From positions 4,927 through 68,926 of the forward strand of contig JAETRI010000008.1 of NCBI GenBank assembly GCA_021770245.1: 64,000 nt of DNA, in the 5' to 3' direction. Source of the stretch: Lachnospiraceae bacterium. GTDB taxonomy: Bacteria; Bacillota; Clostridia; Lachnospirales; Lachnospiraceae. Made by a program: the position numbers and the translations under genes. Shown here piece by piece: positions 59,855 to 64,000 of this stretch (position 1 is the stretch's first letter; each line of letters begins with the position of its first letter). The notes below the pieces were generated by a model. The model made no database searches, was not told the origin of the DNA, and saw nothing but the letters and a program-made list of their open reading frames with translations.

Positions 59855-59872
59855 TTCGTATGCCCCCTTCTC

Positions 59873-60361
59873 CTAGTCTTCACCTGCAGCAGCCCCGGCC
59901 TCGTCGGAATACGGCACATGATGAATTAACTGCGCACCTCCACAATGCTCATCAGAATATGTAAGTATGAATTGTATCTCCTGCCCTTCCGGTTCATAGC
60001 GCCCACGATAAAATACGGGAGGGCCAAAATGAGCCGGGACCTGTGTGGCCTGAAACATAGCCCTGACAATCCTGCCACAGAGTACATTAAAATACTCCTT
60101 GCCAAACTCCTCCAAATCTTCGGAACTGACCGCTTCCTCATGAAAAGAATTACTTGCCATACGGTACAGCAGTCCGGTATCGGCGCAGAGCGTAAGACTG
60201 GTATGAAACCCTTTGTCAAAGGTAATCTGAACCGTACAAAGGTCTTCTCCGGGCGACTGGCCCCCTTGATGCAGGCGCACCCCTGCGGTACGCTCCGTCA
60301 CATCCTGAACCGCCTGATCCAATATCTGCTCAAGCTCCTCTTTTGCCATTGCAGTATTCAT
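59873..60361 (-). CDS. CheX/CheC-like phosphatase domain protein
   Basis: 162 aa. EEFGKEYFNVLCGRIVRAMFQATQVPAHFGPP fits E-x2-N-x22-P of the CheC/CheX site (an E replaces the usual D/S at -7). Flanked by two REC genes. Confidence 0.5.
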   Translation of the reverse strand: MNTAMAKEELEQILDQAVQDVTERTAGVRLHQGGQSPGEDLCTVQITFDKGFHTSLTLCADTGLLYRMASNSFHEEAVSSEDLEEFGKEYFNVLCGRIVRAMFQATQVPAHFGPPVFYRGRYEPEGQEIQFILTYSDEHCGGAQLIHHVPYSDEAGAAAGED

Positions 60362-60382
60362 CTTAGATATCCTCCTTTTTTA

Positions 60383-60793
60383 TCATGTCTCCGCTTTTTC
60401 TTCCTGCTCGAAAACCCGGTGAATCCTTTTAAGCAGTTCTGCGGCAGAAAAGGGTTTCAACAGATAATCGTAAATGCCCAGCTTTGCGCTCTCCATAACG
60501 GTATCCTTATCCTCTACGCCGGTAAGCATAATTACCGGTATCTCCTTACATTCTTCCCTGTTCCGTATTTCCCGCAGCGTCTCGATTCCGTCCTGCTGCG
60601 CCATCCGAATATCCAGAAGAATGAGATCCGGCTTCTCCTGTTCCAGATACCTTAAAGCCCGCATCCCTGAGTTGACAGGGATCACATCATACTCATTCCG
60701 CAGGATTCCCGAAGTCCGCGTTAAGACAATGGCACTGTCGTCTACCGCTAAAATACGTTTTTTGGACCGTTCCTCTGTTTGACTCATTTCCAT
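60383..60793 (-). CDS. single-domain response regulator
   Basis: RILAVDDSAIVL..., DLILLDIRMAQQDG, VIMLTGVE...DYLLKPF. 136 aa. Confidence 0.85.
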   Translation of the reverse strand: MEMSQTEERSKKRILAVDDSAIVLTRTSGILRNEYDVIPVNSGMRALRYLEQEKPDLILLDIRMAQQDGIETLREIRNREECKEIPVIMLTGVEDKDTVMESAKLGIYDYLLKPFSAAELLKRIHRVFEQEEKAET

Positions 60794-60909
60794 TTTTTCC
60801 TCTCATTCTGCCGCCGCCCGGCGGCCTTCCGTTCAGGGACTTTTCTGCATCAGGTAACTTTTTTCGTGTTACCCGGAGCAAACTCCGGATTGAAAATTTT
60901 TAATCTTCC

Positions 60910-63744
60910 TTATTCAATCATATCCAACAACCGGCCCAGCAGCCCTTCCGCATTGTCGTCCTCATACAGCCTCAACTGCTCCTGTATCGCCAAAAGGCTC
61001 TCCGACACGTTCCCGGGCAATTCATGGGCCAGCAATGCCTTCACTCTTTCCACACATTTTTGAGACTCGAAATGTTTTAGCTCCTCCAGGGCCGCCGCCG
61101 TTTCTTCTTTCAGCTTCTGCGTTGTCAGGCCGGGAAGTTTTTCCTGTCCCTCGTTCTCCTGCCTGCGCAGTTCCAGGAACCGGCCGATATTCGTCAAGAG
61201 AGTCTCATACTCCGCCAACAATAACGGGAACTGCCTGTCGATAAATTCCCTGTCCCCCTGGGCGGCGGCATTCTCCTGCGCACGGGCCATAGCCGAAACC
61301 CCCATAGCCCCGATATTGGCAGAAGCGCTCTTAAGTCCGTGTACCTCTATCTGATAATGTAAAATATCTGTTTCCACGAGCTCACACAGAAGTTCTGTCT
61401 TTCGCTTTCCGTCTATACAGTAAAGCTCCAGCAGATCAATAAATCCTTCTTCATCTCCGGAATAATACTGCATCGCCACATTCATATCCACCCCATCGAT
61501 CTGGAACGCCTCCGGATCCAGTGGTTTCGATTCCTCTTCTATATCCTCTTCCTTCCTGTATTTTTCCGGAATCCATCGCAGCAAAAGCTGGTTCAGTTCT
61601 GACCTGTCAAGAGGTTTTGCAATAAAATCCTGAAAACCATGTTCCAGAAAATATTCCCGATTTCCCTCCATTGCATTGGCTGTCAAAGCGACCATAACGG
61701 GTGCGGCCCCGTTTTCGCCGCAATCCCGGCGTATGATCTCTGCCGCCTCAACGCCGTCCATATCGGGCATCATATGATCCATGAAAATAAGCGAATAGCG
61801 TTCGGCCTGTACCAGTTTGATAGCCTCCGGCCCGCTTTCTGCCTCACTCAGATCAAAGGCATAATTTTTCAAAAAACTTCTGGCCACCTTGCGGTTGATC
61901 GCATTATCATCGACAATAAGTACTTTCATACCGGGTGCAGTAAACATATCCGCAATTTTCTGTTCTGTCTGCGGCGTCTCCGGCATTTCCGAAACCGGCC
62001 GTCTGTCCACAATTTTCTGGGGGATCATAATCATAACCGTCGTCCCTTTACCATAGATGCTTTCCACATTAATGGTACCCCCCATCAGTTCCACCAGATG
62101 CTTCACAATGGCAAGACCCAGTCCGGTGCCCTCCACGCTTCGGTTCCGCTTGGCGTCCACCTGCCGGAAATCCTCAAAAATCTTCTGAAGGTCTTCTTCC
62201 CGGATACCGCATCCTGTATCCTCCACACAAAAGGTGAGCATCTCTTCATCCGCATTCTTTCCGGGTTTCCCGGTTATATATGCACGCACATATCCTTTCT
62301 TTGTAAACTTTATTGCATTACTGAGTATATTGAGCAGTATCTGTTTGATTCTGCCATCATCCCCGTTGTAACGGCAGGGTATCGTTTCATCACACTCATA
62401 CTTCAGGAGCAGCCCTTGCTGCGAGGCCGCCATATCCATCATTCCTATGATCTCGTCCGCCATAACTTTGATATAATAATCCACGTTCACCAATTCCATT
62501 TTACCCGCCTCCACCTTGGACAAGTCTAAAATGTCATTGATGATCGCCAACAGATTTTTTGCCGCAGACTGCACATCTTTGGCGTAGGAATAGATCTCCG
62601 TATCCCCACATTCCTCCATGATGATATCATTCATCCCGATGATGGCGTTCATCGGGGTCCGAATCTCATGGGACATGTTAGCCAGGAATTCACTTTTCGC
62701 AATACTGGCCTTCTCCGCCTGACGACGCACTCTCTTGATCTCATTAATATAAGCCTTTATATCGGTCATATCCAGGATCAAAATAACGCAGCCCTGTACC
62801 TTACCGTTTTCCCCTATAATATGCTTGCTGTGGCTTTCATAGTGCTGTCCCCTGATGGAAAAGCTCTGAGGGATGTCCTCGTTAAGCATTTCCTCGCGGA
62901 ATCCCTCCACTGTCCGGATATTCTCTCCCCGCTTATAGGCGGACAGACCGGTAAAAATATCCGCAGCCGCTCTGTTATAACTGACCAGCCGGTCATGGTC
63001 GTCCAAAGTAATCACGCCGTCGCCCATACTCTCCAGGACCTTCTCTGCCGCCAGATGACGGAAATCATAATTACGGCGGCTCCAGATTACGATAACTACC
63101 ATAGACATAGAGATCATCAATGTCACCGGTGTAAAATCAAATAAGTTCACGAGTTTAAAAACATAAACTGTCAGCACAACGACCGGCAGACTGGAAATCC
63201 CGAGAATCATCCAATATTGGCGATTGGCCCGTTGATCAGTGCGTCCGCGGATCGCCTTCATCAATGTGTATATACAGAGGAAATAGGGAATAATAATGTG
63301 CCCAATCGTAAAAACCACATACAATGGGCCATAGCTGAGACTGACATAATAGAACCCGTCCCCGTTCGCCACCCACTGTACTTCCCGATAGAAAAGGCCG
63401 TGCCAGTTAAAAAACACCGTAGGCAGCGATAAAAAACAAATTGCGCAAAGTATTCTTAAGAGTGTTTTGGGAGGGCTAATAGAACAATAGATATATATAA
63501 ACCAGCAGTAACACAAAGGTATGAAAGCGGAACCCACTTTTTCCACGGTCACTGCCGTCATCGCCGCCTCCACTGTGGGCGCAATCAGCTCCAATAAATA
63601 ACCCACATTCTGTACCAGCGAGCCGCACAGAATCATGATCAGCAGTTTCTGCTCCCTTGCCCCTTCTCCGTTCAGCAAAAGAAATAAGGCTATAACCGTC
63701 AGACATATGCCAAAACTCTCTAATGCGATGACAAAATACAGCAT
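60910..63744 (-). CDS. hybrid sensor histidine kinase (7TM N-domain - PAS - HisKA - HATPase - REC - HPt)
   Basis: Seven N-terminal TM helices, PAS (LESMGDGVITLDDHDRLVSYNRAAADIF), H-box FLANMSHEIRTPMNAIIGM, G-boxes EDTGCGI/GTGLGLAI, REC (VLIVDDNAINR...IFMDHMMPDMDG), HPt (HGLKSASANIGA). Confidence 0.9.
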   Translation of the reverse strand: MLYFVIALESFGICLTVIALFLLLNGEGAREQKLLIMILCGSLVQNVGYLLELIAPTVEAAMTAVTVEKVGSAFIPLCYCWFIYIYCSISPPKTLLRILCAICFLSLPTVFFNWHGLFYREVQWVANGDGFYYVSLSYGPLYVVFTIGHIIIPYFLCIYTLMKAIRGRTDQRANRQYWMILGISSLPVVVLTVYVFKLVNLFDFTPVTLMISMSMVVIVIWSRRNYDFRHLAAEKVLESMGDGVITLDDHDRLVSYNRAAADIFTGLSAYKRGENIRTVEGFREEMLNEDIPQSFSIRGQHYESHSKHIIGENGKVQGCVILILDMTDIKAYINEIKRVRRQAEKASIAKSEFLANMSHEIRTPMNAIIGMNDIIMEECGDTEIYSYAKDVQSAAKNLLAIINDILDLSKVEAGKMELVNVDYYIKVMADEIIGMMDMAASQQGLLLKYECDETIPCRYNGDDGRIKQILLNILSNAIKFTKKGYVRAYITGKPGKNADEEMLTFCVEDTGCGIREEDLQKIFEDFRQVDAKRNRSVEGTGLGLAIVKHLVELMGGTINVESIYGKGTTVMIMIPQKIVDRRPVSEMPETPQTEQKIADMFTAPGMKVLIVDDNAINRKVARSFLKNYAFDLSEAESGPEAIKLVQAERYSLIFMDHMMPDMDGVEAAEIIRRDCGENGAAPVMVALTANAMEGNREYFLEHGFQDFIAKPLDRSELNQLLLRWIPEKYRKEEDIEEESKPLDPEAFQIDGVDMNVAMQYYSGDEEGFIDLLELYCIDGKRKTELLCELVETDILHYQIEVHGLKSASANIGAMGVSAMARAQENAAAQGDREFIDRQFPLLLAEYETLLTNIGRFLELRRQENEGQEKLPGLTTQKLKEETAAALEELKHFESQKCVERVKALLAHELPGNVSESLLAIQEQLRLYEDDNAEGLLGRLLDMIE

Positions 63745-63918
63745 ACTGCTCTTCCTCCCGCTTTTATGGCTTCCTCTGCTGTCGCGATCGTTTTTGTTGC
63801 TTTCGGCAGCATTACTCCGGATGTCATAACCTCAGGGAGCTATTGCGAATACCGCCAGATTTCTTCTCCAATCATACAATAATATAAATTCGAAACCATG
63901 TCAAGAAAACACCGCACC

Positions 63919-64000
63919 AAGACAAACGTATGAAGGGCCCTTCGGCCCCTGCGCCACCCCTGCCCGTCCCTACGGCGCGTGATGATCACAGAGGGGGCCA
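63919..64000. repeat. family B repeat (copy B8, cut by the window end)
   Basis: agacaaacgtatgaagggcccttcggcccctgcgccacccctgcccgtccctacggcgcgtgatgatcacagagg aligns along its full length with copy B6. Confidence 0.8.

Overview
GC-rich Firmicutes/Clostridia-type chromosomal segment, judged from gene content, Gram-positive lipoboxes and GGAGG-type RBSs. It holds about 50 protein genes, mostly on the minus strand, and one tRNA-Trp. Gene order: argS (5' part), queH, carB/carA, purL, TetR, MATE, AraC-GNAT | VanZ, GH42 beta-galactosidase, tRNA-Trp | MarR + heterodimeric ABC exporter + GT-C-like membrane protein operon | AT-rich AbiEi/AbiEii island | class D beta-lactamase-like lipoprotein | ECF S component | VanC/G-like D-Ala-D-X ligase + VanT-like membrane racemase | YjbR, YbaK | topoisomerase III remnant + second AT-rich island with a DUF1016 nuclease | aroC | lactonase | SGNH-DUF4358-MBOAT-DHHW O-acylation operon | sugar ABC transporter + clan GH-A hydrolase | CPBP protease, TetR | ArsR-like, DUF5107/TPR, AraC | methyltransferase | PuuR-like + potABCD | CheY-CheX-REC-hybrid histidine kinase operon. 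I saw no rRNA, CRISPR array, intact transposase/integrase or prophage. The most unusual content is non-coding. (1) A small 'GC hairpin + AGAUGGGAG' module sits just 5' of at least 14 start codons, always in gene orientation and sometimes in tandem (3 x 66 bp before argS). (2) A ~120-bp structured element is inserted between cistrons and carries the downstream SD. (3) A REP-like family of GC-rich palindromic repeats (core GGACAAACGCATGAA / CCGCAGGGGTGCAG) occupies at least ten intergenic regions and includes a ~270-bp composite hairpin. All calls come from reading the sequence and ORF track by eye. No searches were run.
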